Source of the DNA: Elainellaceae cyanobacterium
GTDB taxonomy: Bacteria > Cyanobacteriota > Cyanobacteriia > CAZCXK01
Assembly (NCBI GenBank): GCA_051117555.1
Contig: JBNPEG010000076.1
Span: forward strand, 1 to 16,016
Direction: 5' to 3'
DNA: 16,016 bases
A model generated the notes under the pieces. It was not told the origin of the DNA. It was given only the letters and a program-made list of their open reading frames with translations, and did no database searches. Positions 1 through 7,964 of this stretch are shown here, in pieces (position 1 is the stretch's first letter; each line of letters starts with the position of its first letter). The position numbers and the translations under genes were made by a program.

Positions 1-112
1 CCACACTGACCAGGGGTTTGGGTAATGCGAGTAAGCAAACTAGCTGTTGAGTTCATGGTGAGACGTTAGAATACTTTGTCTACTTTTATCTTACCGAGTA
101 ATCATGCTGCAC

Positions 113-199
113 TCGCCACCACGTCACGGCAGCAGGCGGACGAAAGCCGCTAGTGCTGAGTTCAAGGTTATCTGCCGCCGCTGCGTTTTGCTGTTATAC
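113..199 (+). repeat. Degenerate attC-like imperfect palindrome
   Basis: GCAGC(129-133)/GCTGC(180-184) and GGCGGA(135-140)/TCTGCC(171-176) arms, ending in the R'-like box GTTATAC (193-199). The 5' RYYYAAC box is not intact. Confidence 0.45.
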
Positions 200-233
200 C
201 CGCCCAAATTATCTACCCATGAATTTTTGATTG

Positions 234-1664
234 TCAGACTGTGGGTTGAATGTTCTGATTGACGCGGAAGAGGTTGGTGGGGTCATATTTATCCTTCAGC
301 TCAACTAGGCGATCGTAGGTGGCCTGACCGTAGGCAGCCCGCACGCGATCGCGCCCCTCATCCTGACTGAGAAAGTTCACATAGACGCCGCCTGTCGATT
401 GAGAGCGAATGGCTTGCCAAAAGTCTCGCGTCCACTGAATGTGACGTTGGTTCTCCTCGGACTCTTTCCAAGCCGTATTGATATTGAGCACGAATGCTGC
501 ATCCCGGTGGCTGGCCGCCATCACCTCTTCGTCAACGCGGCTAATGGCTCCTCCCAGTTGAAAGATCAGGATGCCCGTCATAGGTGACGTGATTTTTTGA
601 GCGTAGTTGATGCTGGTGGCGATCGCCTCGTCACTCAATCCCGACAAGTATTCAGACTTCCAATAGTAGTGATTTCCTGGCTGCTGTCCTGCGTCGAACA
701 TCGACTGAATCACCGTATAAGGTTTGGGAGAAATGCCATCGACAATAGGTGTTTCAAATTCTTTCAACGGCTGAATCACCCGCTGCCCGTCTTCTATAGA
801 TCCTGCGTAACAAACAGCAACACCAACAACGAGCTTTCCGTGAAACACGTCTGGAATCATGGGAGAAGCAGGTGCTTTCTTTAGAAATGCTAGTGTACTC
901 AACTCATCGGGTGCTGCGGCTGCAAAGTCTCGATAGAATCGCAGTACTTCGTCCGCTTTTTCGAAGGGGTAGATAATCTTGCCACCCATCACCTCTGGCC
1001 CAACAGGATAGAGCTGATATTCAAACGACGTGGCGATGCCAAAATTACCACCACCTCCCCGTAAACCCCAAAACAAATCAGCATTCTCAGTTTCGCTGGC
1101 TGTTAGAAACTCGCCCTTTGCCGTAACCACATCGGCTGAAAGTAGGTTATCGCAGGTTAAGCCATGCTTGCGAGAAAGCCAGCCAAAGCCGCCGCCGAGA
1201 GTCAGTCCAGCGATGCCCGTGAGGGAAACAATACCATTGGGATTCGCTAACCCAAAGACCTGAGTTTCATGATCCAATTCGCCAATGCAAACACCGGGCT
1301 GCACACGGGCAGTGCGGGATGCAGGATCAACATGAATGCCTTTCATAGACGACAGGTCAATAGTGAGGCCATTGTCACAGAGAGCATTACCTGCAACGTT
1401 GTGCCCGCCACCCCGCACCGATAGTAGTAAATTATGGTGGTGAGCAAAGCGCACTGCATGAAGTACGTCGGCGGTGCCTGTACAGCGGGCGATCGCAGCA
1501 GGATGCTTATCAATCATGCCATTCCAAATCGTGCGAGCGTCCTGATATCCCGAATCACCGTCTTGCAATACTTCACCTTGCATATGCTGGCGAAAGTTCT
1601 TTAGAACGTGATCGTCAAGCAATACATTTGTATTATTGGGCGTTTTGATTTTTAACTGTGTCAT
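234..1664 (-). CDS. FAD-binding oxidoreductase, VAO/BBE family (6-hydroxy-D-nicotine oxidase-like)
   Basis: 476-aa ORF with FAD_binding_4 motifs (PAAIARC, RGGGHN covalent-FAD His, GLTLGGGFG, DLFWGLRGGGGNFG) and a C-terminal BBE motif (YVNF...KYDPTNLFRVNQNI). GAGGT RBS lies upstream. Confidence 0.93.
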   Translation of the reverse strand: MTQLKIKTPNNTNVLLDDHVLKNFRQHMQGEVLQDGDSGYQDARTIWNGMIDKHPAAIARCTGTADVLHAVRFAHHHNLLLSVRGGGHNVAGNALCDNGLTIDLSSMKGIHVDPASRTARVQPGVCIGELDHETQVFGLANPNGIVSLTGIAGLTLGGGFGWLSRKHGLTCDNLLSADVVTAKGEFLTASETENADLFWGLRGGGGNFGIATSFEYQLYPVGPEVMGGKIIYPFEKADEVLRFYRDFAAAAPDELSTLAFLKKAPASPMIPDVFHGKLVVGVAVCYAGSIEDGQRVIQPLKEFETPIVDGISPKPYTVIQSMFDAGQQPGNHYYWKSEYLSGLSDEAIATSINYAQKITSPMTGILIFQLGGAISRVDEEVMAASHRDAAFVLNINTAWKESEENQRHIQWTRDFWQAIRSQSTGGVYVNFLSQDEGRDRVRAAYGQATYDRLVELKDKYDPTNLFRVNQNIQPTV

Positions 1665-1788
1665 GGGTGATACCTCGTTTAATCAACAGGCAGACTCCTT
1701 GCGTCTGCTTGGCAATGATCTGCTATTTCCAAAAACCGGGTTTCCATCATAAATTTTGATATGGACTTTGATATCTCAAGGTTGCGCT

Positions 1789-1835
1789 AACAGAAATCCC
1801 GCTCCACCACTCACAACCTATCTGGGATTGCTATA
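1789..1835. repeat. Degenerate cyanobacterial short dispersed repeat (…CTCACAACCTATCTGGGATTGCTATA end)
   Basis: The right end GGGATTGCTATA has a decayed inverted partner AACAGAAATCCC. It resembles the TATAGCAATCC…GGATTGCTATA intergenic repeats I recall from filamentous cyanobacteria. Confidence 0.45.
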
Positions 1836-1869
1836 TGTCTACCTTCTAATGAATGCTCACTCGTTATCT

Positions 1870-1886
1870 AGTCCAAATTCTGTACT
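1870..1886. promoter_or_regulatory. Candidate operator for the HxlR regulator (imperfect palindrome)
   Basis: AGTCCA-AATTC-TGTACT inverted repeat (one mismatch) in the divergent intergenic region, ~35 bp upstream of the regulator ATG. The function is inferred. Confidence 0.35.
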
Positions 1887-1920
1887 GGGGTAAAAAACGA
1901 TGATTTGATAGGCTAGAACT

Positions 1921-2601
1921 ATGGATACTTCCTATGCTCAGTTTTGTCCGATTGCGAAAGCGGCTGAAATCATCGCTCAACCCTGGATGCCACTCGTCAT
2001 TCGTGAGCTTTTGTGCGGAAGCTGTCGCTTCAACGACCTCCATCGGGGGGTGCCCAAAATGTCGCGATCGCTCTTAGTGCGGCGCCTTGAGCAGCTTGAG
2101 CAATCTGGGCTTATCGAACGTCGTCTGGTGGGAAACGATGCTCACCCGGAATATCATCTGACTCAGGCAGGTGAAGCTATCAGACCGATTATGATTCAGC
2201 TCGGCGATTGGGGAAAGCAGTGGGTGCAGCATGAAATATCGCAACACGATTTAGATGCGGGGTTACTCATGTGGGATATTCAACGCCGCATTGAGCGATC
2301 GCAGTTGCCTCCGCATCGAGTCGTCGTGTTATTTCAATTTAAAGATGCTCCAGAAGAGCACCAGCAGTTTTGGTTACTATTAACCCCTGATGTGGTTGAT
2401 CTGTGTTTGAAAGATCCAGGGTATGACGTCGATCTGTACGTGTGCTCGGATATTCGCACATTTACAGAGGTTTGGTTGGGCGATCAGGATTTAGCCCAAG
2501 CGTTGAAAGACGATTCGATTTGGCTGTTGGGCCCAACGGAGTTGCAGAAGCAGTTTCCAAGTTGGTTAAGTCTAAACGTATTTGCAAACGTAAAGCGCTA
2601 A
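1921..2601 (+). CDS. HxlR-family winged-helix transcriptional regulator with C-terminal SCP2-like domain
   Basis: N-terminal YAQFCPIAKAAE...W..LVIRELL.G..RFNDLHRGVP.MSRSLL..RL..LE..GLI...EYHLT.AG is the HxlR/HypR signature. The C-terminal DLCLKDPGYDVDL region is typical of the ~230-aa subfamily. The gene is divergent from the oxidoreductase. Confidence 0.9.
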   Translation: MDTSYAQFCPIAKAAEIIAQPWMPLVIRELLCGSCRFNDLHRGVPKMSRSLLVRRLEQLEQSGLIERRLVGNDAHPEYHLTQAGEAIRPIMIQLGDWGKQWVQHEISQHDLDAGLLMWDIQRRIERSQLPPHRVVVLFQFKDAPEEHQQFWLLLTPDVVDLCLKDPGYDVDLYVCSDIRTFTEVWLGDQDLAQALKDDSIWLLGPTELQKQFPSWLSLNVFANVKR

Positions 2602-2751
2602 CGATGGCCCAATAGGTCGGGACTTCGTGTTTCCCCTCAAAACCTGTCACATGTGGAGCGGGCGATCGCTTCACATGGCATTTTGTTCCTGCTTCACCCA
2701 ATGATCTACCGAACGAAGCAGCCCGTACTTCATCCCATACACCTCTAGACC

Positions 2752-2773
2752 AAATGTGATGTAGATAACATCT
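2752..2773. promoter_or_regulatory. CRP/SyCRP1-type binding site
   Basis: AAATGTGATGTAGATAACATCT matches 19/22 positions of the CRP consensus AAATGTGATCTAGATCACATTT. It lies ~115 bp upstream of the fasciclin gene, with a candidate -10 TAAAGT at 2810-2815. Confidence 0.7.
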
Positions 2774-2886
2774 GTCTTTAGAACGAGTGCAAGGCTTGAT
2801 CGGGGCAGTTAAAGTTTACGAAGCGCATTCAGAGCACCTGATAAAGCATTCGAAGAAGTATTTGTATCAACTCTAGGGGTATTTTC

Positions 2887-3513
2887 ATGACAAGCACACG
2901 TCATCTATTTTCAAAGCGTGCACTGCCAAAGCGCCTACTTCCAAAGCGATTGATGATTGGTTTTGTTGGGTTAGGCGCAGTCGCAGCATTGACTGCTTGC
3001 GGGACTCCGACAGACACAACAACGGCACCAGCGGATGAAGACGCTGCGACGACAGAAACCGAGACAACAGCAGACAGTTCTATGTCTGAAGACATGGGCG
3101 ATACGGTGGTAAGTGTGGCAGCTAGTGACGAATCGTTTAGCACGCTGGCGCAAGCGATTGAAGCGGCAGGTCTGACTGAAACGTTGTCATCTGAAGGTCC
3201 ATTCACGGTCTTTGCTCCTACTAATGAAGCATTTGAAGCTTTGCCGGAGGGCACGCTTGATCAGTTGCTGATGCCTGAAAACCAAGACTTACTGACCCAA
3301 ATTTTGACCTATCATGTCGTTCCTGCAGAAGTAACCTCTGCTGAGGTGACAGCAGGAGATGTAGAAACGGTTGCAGGACCTGCAATCAACATCACGACGG
3401 ATGGCGCTATTATGGTCAACGACGCTATGGTTGTGACGCCTGATGTTCAAGCGAGCAATGGCGTGATTCATGCCATTGACCAAGTTCTGTTGCCACCGGA
3501 TGTATCGCTCTAG
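2887..3513 (+). CDS. Fasciclin (FAS1) domain lipoprotein
   Basis: Signal peptide with lipobox LTAC (Cys codon 2998-3000), then an acidic T/E/D-rich linker and FAS1 motifs GPFTVFAPTNEAF, ILTYHVV and SNGVIHAIDQVLLP. Confidence 0.95.
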   Translation: MTSTRHLFSKRALPKRLLPKRLMIGFVGLGAVAALTACGTPTDTTTAPADEDAATTETETTADSSMSEDMGDTVVSVAASDESFSTLAQAIEAAGLTETLSSEGPFTVFAPTNEAFEALPEGTLDQLLMPENQDLLTQILTYHVVPAEVTSAEVTAGDVETVAGPAINITTDGAIMVNDAMVVTPDVQASNGVIHAIDQVLLPPDVSL

Positions 3514-3577
3514 ATGAGATGCTCTAGTTGGCTTGATAGGTAGCCGAGGACGGTTACACAAGTAGGCAATTTGATTG

Positions 3578-3636
3578 ACCCCAGCGACGTTTTTGGAACT
3601 CCTGTTGATTGTGAGTTTCAGAAACGTGACTGGGGT
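3578..3636 (+). terminator. Long stem-loop between convergent genes (3' stabiliser or terminator)
   Basis: ACCCCAG/CTGGGGT (7 bp) plus ACGTTTTTGGAACTC/GAGTTTCAGAAACGT (15 bp, two G-U pairs) with an 11-nt loop. The U-tract is weak. Confidence 0.6.
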
Positions 3637-3688
3637 TCTTGATGGTTTAGAGAATTCTCTTCAAACGCACCCTGCTATAAAACAACGG

Positions 3689-4030
3689 TTACGTTAACAG
3701 AGCAAATGCGTTTTTTAGATTAAGTCGTTCAGAGATACTAGGGCGGCGCGGATTCGCTGGGAGTTTAGGTTCCTGATCCCCTTCATCGACAGGAACCAGC
3801 ATCGAGTCAGATTCCCGAACAACCATTTCCCCATTATTGAGCGCGTTTCGCCATTGCCGACCGATGCGCCAGGCTCGAAATTTAGATGCGTTCCATCGGG
3901 GATTTGCCGTATATCCTGCAAACCCAGAACGCAGGGCAGCATGATTTTCAATCGAAATGGGAGTACGCGCCAATACGTCTTCATTCAGCTCAACAACCGT
4001 GAGATTGCGATTCTTCGGTGCTTTCGTCAT
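3689..4030 (-). CDS. Hypothetical protein (~113 aa), probably conserved in cyanobacteria
   Basis: ATG at 4030 is preceded by AAGGGGGGTGAGG. The protein-like core ENHAALRSGFAGY.ANPRWN..KFRAW..GRQWR.AL..GEMVVR has no family I recognise. Confidence 0.7.
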   Translation of the reverse strand: MTKAPKNRNLTVVELNEDVLARTPISIENHAALRSGFAGYTANPRWNASKFRAWRIGRQWRNALNNGEMVVRESDSMLVPVDEGDQEPKLPANPRRPSISERLNLKNAFALLT

Positions 4031-4478
4031 GAGCCTCACCCCCCTTACTATTTAATTAACTAGTTTTTACAACATGCTTCCTAGCAAACGTTACTAACTA
4101 AACAGCAGCTTGAATGCTGCATAATATTGCCCTACCCTGCAAGTTCACATGACTCCAATTGTCTACCTAAGCCAAGGTAGATCAATACAGTTACGGTGTG
4201 AACGACAGTTAGGGACTAGAAACTGCGCTTAAAATCGGCACCTACTCCACCTATACGTCAGACTTCACCCTGAATCAGCCTAACTTTGGACATGAAGTTT
4301 GTGAAAAGGTAAACCGTCTTTTGAAATCTTGTAGCGCTGTATAAGCTAATTAGATTATATACTCTTATGTTTAAATTTGTTAACAAGTTTAGAACTTTCT
4401 TCGTAGAGATAGGGTCAAGAATTCTCCAACCGCAGAATCAAGCACTGCCAATCCCGATTAGTTAGGATCTGCGTTTCA

Positions 4479-5219
4479 TCAGCCACCTAGCAACTTGTAG
4501 GCATAATAAGTCGCCATCGGAATGATCGTAGCGGCTACCAAAAACCCAATCACCAAGACTGTTGCATTATTGGTATCGGTTTCTTCGGCTGATGCAAAGG
4601 TGCTTTCAGCTTGAACGGTGTCTGCAACAACTGGAGGACCTGGATCAGGTTGCCCCGATAACACCGCAACGAGGCGATCGCCCGCATCCAATAAAGCCTG
4701 ATTATATTTATTCCCATTCCGAAGCGGAACCATTAACGTTTCTTGGGCTACGCTTTCAGAAATGTCGTCGGAAAGAACATCTTTCACCTCGTCACCGGCT
4801 CGAATCGCTGCATTATTGGTGACATTATCGAGCAGCAACACCACCTGATTGGCTTGAGCGTCTTCAGTGGGAAACCAAGTTTCAAATAATTTATTGACAA
4901 GGCTTTCAGCCGTCTCTCCATAGTCTAGGCGGTGGATTGTTACAAATCGAACCTCGCGCCCAGTTTCATCTGACAGCGATTTAAAGGCTTGGCTAATCTT
5001 TCCTTTGCTAATGCGACTGAGAATGTCTGCCTCATCGATGACCCAGGTTGACTCGCCTGCCGACACGGAAGGGAGGTCGTAAACCCCAGTTGCATACGCA
5101 GGTGCTACCCAGAGCTGAATCAGGGCAATTGCTACGAGTAGGGGCAAGACAAAATATCGAACTAAACCATCGACTCGAAGAGAAGAAAATTTAAGGAAAG
5201 AATGAAGGGAATGAAGCAT
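4479..5219 (-). CDS. psb32: Photosystem II repair protein Psb32 (TPM domain, TLP18.3 homolog)
   Basis: Signal peptide ending AYA-TGVYDLP, TPM domain (WVIDEADILSR, VRFVTIHRLDYGET, KYNQALLDA.DRL), GQPDPGPP and C-terminal TM LVAATIIPMATYY. I prefer the ATG at 5219 over the TTG at 5246. Confidence 0.92.
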   Translation of the reverse strand: MLHSLHSFLKFSSLRVDGLVRYFVLPLLVAIALIQLWVAPAYATGVYDLPSVSAGESTWVIDEADILSRISKGKISQAFKSLSDETGREVRFVTIHRLDYGETAESLVNKLFETWFPTEDAQANQVVLLLDNVTNNAAIRAGDEVKDVLSDDISESVAQETLMVPLRNGNKYNQALLDAGDRLVAVLSGQPDPGPPVVADTVQAESTFASAEETDTNNATVLVIGFLVAATIIPMATYYAYKLLGG

Positions 5220-5325
5220 CCGCCTTGACCAATCGTTGTCATTCAAAAGTTATTATACGGTATAAATTAACCCCTGCAGAAATCGTCAGCCCGATTACGC
5301 GTCTTCTAAATCGTATGCCGATCGT

Positions 5326-6327
5326 CTAACTTTGTGGAGCATTCAATAGGCGTGTGACTGCGTCGACCACTATCTGCGCTACGCCATTTAAAAAGTCGGG
5401 ATCGATGGTGTCAACTCGATCGGTGGGTTGATGATAGTGGGGATTGCGAAAATTGGCGGTATCTGTGACCATCACGGCGCCGATGCCAGTTTGCCAGAAC
5501 GGAACGTGGTCGCTTCGCAATAAATCGGGAATGATTGGACCCAAAATTGGAATTGCCAGGGTAAAGACCGAAGGAAATGTGGACGACGACGGCTGAAATG
5601 CGGCGATCAATTGAGCGTGCCCCTGATCGCCAATCACCGCAATGAAATCGCCGCGATCGCTTGGTTGAGGAATGGGTAATCGATCCGGGTATTGCTGACA
5701 TCCTGCCACGTCACAGGAATATCCCACCATCTCCATAATCAGAGCCCCGTCGAGCGAACCGTGCTCCATCTCGTTGACGAAGGCTTTACTGCCCAGGAGT
5801 CCGGCTTCTTCTAAGTCAAACAAGGCTACCTTGAGGGGATGCGGTGTGGGGATAGCACCCAACAGCCGAGCAACTTCAAGGACAACGGCGACTCCTGTGG
5901 CATTGTCATCAATACCGGGCGATCGCTCTACGCTGTCGTAATGGGCGCCAACTAAGATTGCCCCAGCGTTGGGATCGGTGCCCGGACGTTCCGCATAAAG
6001 GTTCACTCCACCGTCGAAGATTTGCCGCTGCACCGACCAACCAGCGTCAGTCAGCGTTTGAGAGATATAGTGCCGAGCCTGAGCCCGCTCGGCGGGACTA
6101 TAGCGTTCAAATTCTAATGCCCGCAGATCAGTCAAAAGCCGTTCCGGACTAATGGAAGGAGATTCGATGGAACGCTCTTCAAGAGTTTGAGATAGCGAAC
6201 TTGCGTTAGACTGAAGCGCCGTTAGCACACTGGCAGGGCTCGGTAAATCGGCTGCCCAGTGCTGCCGGGTCAAGATGCCAATCACGATAAAAACAATAAA
6301 CGCCAACCAAAACCATCGTGTTCTCAT
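5326..6327 (-). CDS. M28 family metallopeptidase with N-terminal membrane anchor
   Basis: Metal-binding and catalytic motifs GAHYDS, GIDDNATG, FDLEEAGLLGS, MEMVG, SDHVPF and NPHYHQPTD, with a hydrophobic N-terminus. The start is either ATG 6327 or GTG 6333. Confidence 0.92.
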   Translation of the reverse strand: MRTRWFWLAFIVFIVIGILTRQHWAADLPSPASVLTALQSNASSLSQTLEERSIESPSISPERLLTDLRALEFERYSPAERAQARHYISQTLTDAGWSVQRQIFDGGVNLYAERPGTDPNAGAILVGAHYDSVERSPGIDDNATGVAVVLEVARLLGAIPTPHPLKVALFDLEEAGLLGSKAFVNEMEHGSLDGALIMEMVGYSCDVAGCQQYPDRLPIPQPSDRGDFIAVIGDQGHAQLIAAFQPSSSTFPSVFTLAIPILGPIIPDLLRSDHVPFWQTGIGAVMVTDTANFRNPHYHQPTDRVDTIDPDFLNGVAQIVVDAVTRLLNAPQS

Positions 6328-6399
6328 TGGCACCCTTGGTTTGAATTCGTCACCTTTTTTCTTTAGAGTCCGCGTTTAGAAGTTTGCGCTGCGGTGCTC

Positions 6400-6891
6400 T
6401 TAGGTAGTCCCCTTTGGAGCTGTGGCTAGTTCTTTGAGCTTTTCAGAAAATGTTTTTAGAGATTGCCCGACTTGCTGCCTCAGCCGCCACCGCTGGAATG
6501 CTTTCTCATAGCCTTGTCCTTCTGGATGAAAGGTCTGCCATGCTTGAAGCGCTAAGAAAAGCCCCCAGATTAGAGCAATCGGAACTGACCAACTCAGCGT
6601 TTGGTTAATCCATGCGTTAATGAGCAACAGAAACGTGTTTACGATGAGGTATTTGACAGCGCTCTGACGAAGCCGCTCATGCTGATACGCGTGAAATGCT
6701 TGGTGTTCTTCCTGAGTTTGCTTCTGAATCTGCCACTGTTGCTCTGCCGCCTGAAGATCGCTCATCGAGATTCCCAAATCTTCTGCAATCTCAATGAGTT
6801 GCGATCGCGAGAGTCCTGACTTATTCGGTTGTCGGATAATGGCAAGCCGGAGGATTTGCTGGACAGCCTCCTCATCGTATATCTCAGCCAC
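6400..6891 (-). CDS. 2TM domain-containing membrane protein
   Basis: GTG at 6891 has GGAGG just upstream. Y.EEAVQQIL.LA...LSR.QL.EIA.DLGI is followed by two TM segments (YLIVNTFLLLIN, WSVPIALIWGLFLALQAW). Confidence 0.85.
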   Translation of the reverse strand: MAEIYDEEAVQQILRLAIIRQPNKSGLSRSQLIEIAEDLGISMSDLQAAEQQWQIQKQTQEEHQAFHAYQHERLRQSAVKYLIVNTFLLLINAWINQTLSWSVPIALIWGLFLALQAWQTFHPEGQGYEKAFQRWRLRQQVGQSLKTFSEKLKELATAPKGTT

Positions 6892-7139
6892 GTTGTCCTC
6901 CCAGAGTATGTGCACCCGCTAGGTGCCCGAATTCGCGTTAGCTAATGTCAGAGTAGTCAATCAAGCTAGCGTGTCTAAAAACTGTGACTGAATGCCTAGC
7001 TTCAGCCATTTCTAGTATAGTTCTGGTTCTTTCTGCTGATCTGTTCTTCTAGCTTTCTTTTCAAGTTTTTTCAATGAGATGTCTTGAATTCAGTTAATTT
7101 TAAAGGAACTCGGAAAGCAACTCAGATTCGGGCGAACCG

Positions 7140-7964
7140 ATGGACGTGATTGAGCTGAAATTCATGTTGAAATTGTTGGGCAATCGGCCTGACTATCGTT
7201 CTCCGCTGTCAGCACTTAATCTCACGAATAGTCTCAGCGATCGCAATCGAGCCTGTCGCCAACTGCGCGATCGCGGCTTAATTGATTGTTTTGATGAAAT
7301 TGTTAAATTTAGAACGGCACCGCCGGGGCAGGCGTTACGTAAGCTCGGTGTCGAAAACTTACCGATCACCGATATTGAGCTGAAAGTCCTGCATGCAGGT
7401 GAAGTGGGCTATACAACTCCCGGAAAGATTACGAATATTCCGAAAGACAACCGCCAAATTTTGCTAAAAGACTTAGCCGATCGAGGGCTCATCCAGGTTG
7501 AAACTCAGGTCAAAGACGTTTGGATCACGCCAGCCGGGAAACTGTATTTATATAAAGACTATGTGCCTCAAGGCAACGCAACCATTAGCCTGAGCCTGTT
7601 GGGTAATTATCTCCAGTTTATTCGTCAGTTTGATGTTCAATCTGCGGCGATCGCGGGTGAGGTGTCCTCCATCGTGGGAACAAGCAAAAAACCTGATGAC
7701 GCGGATATTCTGACGATGATTCAAACGCTCGATCATGAACTAGGTACTGAGAACTATCTGCCTCTGTTTTATCTGCGTCAGATCTTACAGCCTCCGCTAT
7801 CACGAGATGAACTCGACCACGCCCTTTATCGTTTACAACGTCGTGATCGAATCGAACTGAGCTCGCTTCAAGATGCGATCGCCTACACGCCCGAGCAAAT
7901 TGATGCAGGCATTCCTCAAGATATTGGAGGCCCGCTGTTCTTTATTTCAGTTTTGACTCCATGA
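7140..7964 (+). CDS. rcaD: RcaD-like multi-winged-helix DNA-binding protein
   Basis: N-terminal ELKFMLKLLG…YRS and C-terminal LDHELGTENYLPLFYLRQ…SRDELD.ALYRLQR.DRIELSSLQ…GGPLFFI match my recollection of cyanobacterial proteins annotated 'transcription factor RcaD'. The L.DRGLI wHTH-like motif is repeated. The symbol is from recall only. Confidence 0.7.
   Translation: MDVIELKFMLKLLGNRPDYRSPLSALNLTNSLSDRNRACRQLRDRGLIDCFDEIVKFRTAPPGQALRKLGVENLPITDIELKVLHAGEVGYTTPGKITNIPKDNRQILLKDLADRGLIQVETQVKDVWITPAGKLYLYKDYVPQGNATISLSLLGNYLQFIRQFDVQSAAIAGEVSSIVGTSKKPDDADILTMIQTLDHELGTENYLPLFYLRQILQPPLSRDELDHALYRLQRRDRIELSSLQDAIAYTPEQIDAGIPQDIGGPLFFISVLTP

Noticed and set aside
2595..2700. attC site after the HxlR stop (CGCTAAC)
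   Set aside because: There is no complementary GTTAG box or palindromic arm downstream.
4177..4188. NtcA site GTAGATCAATAC
   Set aside because: The spacing is GTA-N6-TAC, not the required N8.
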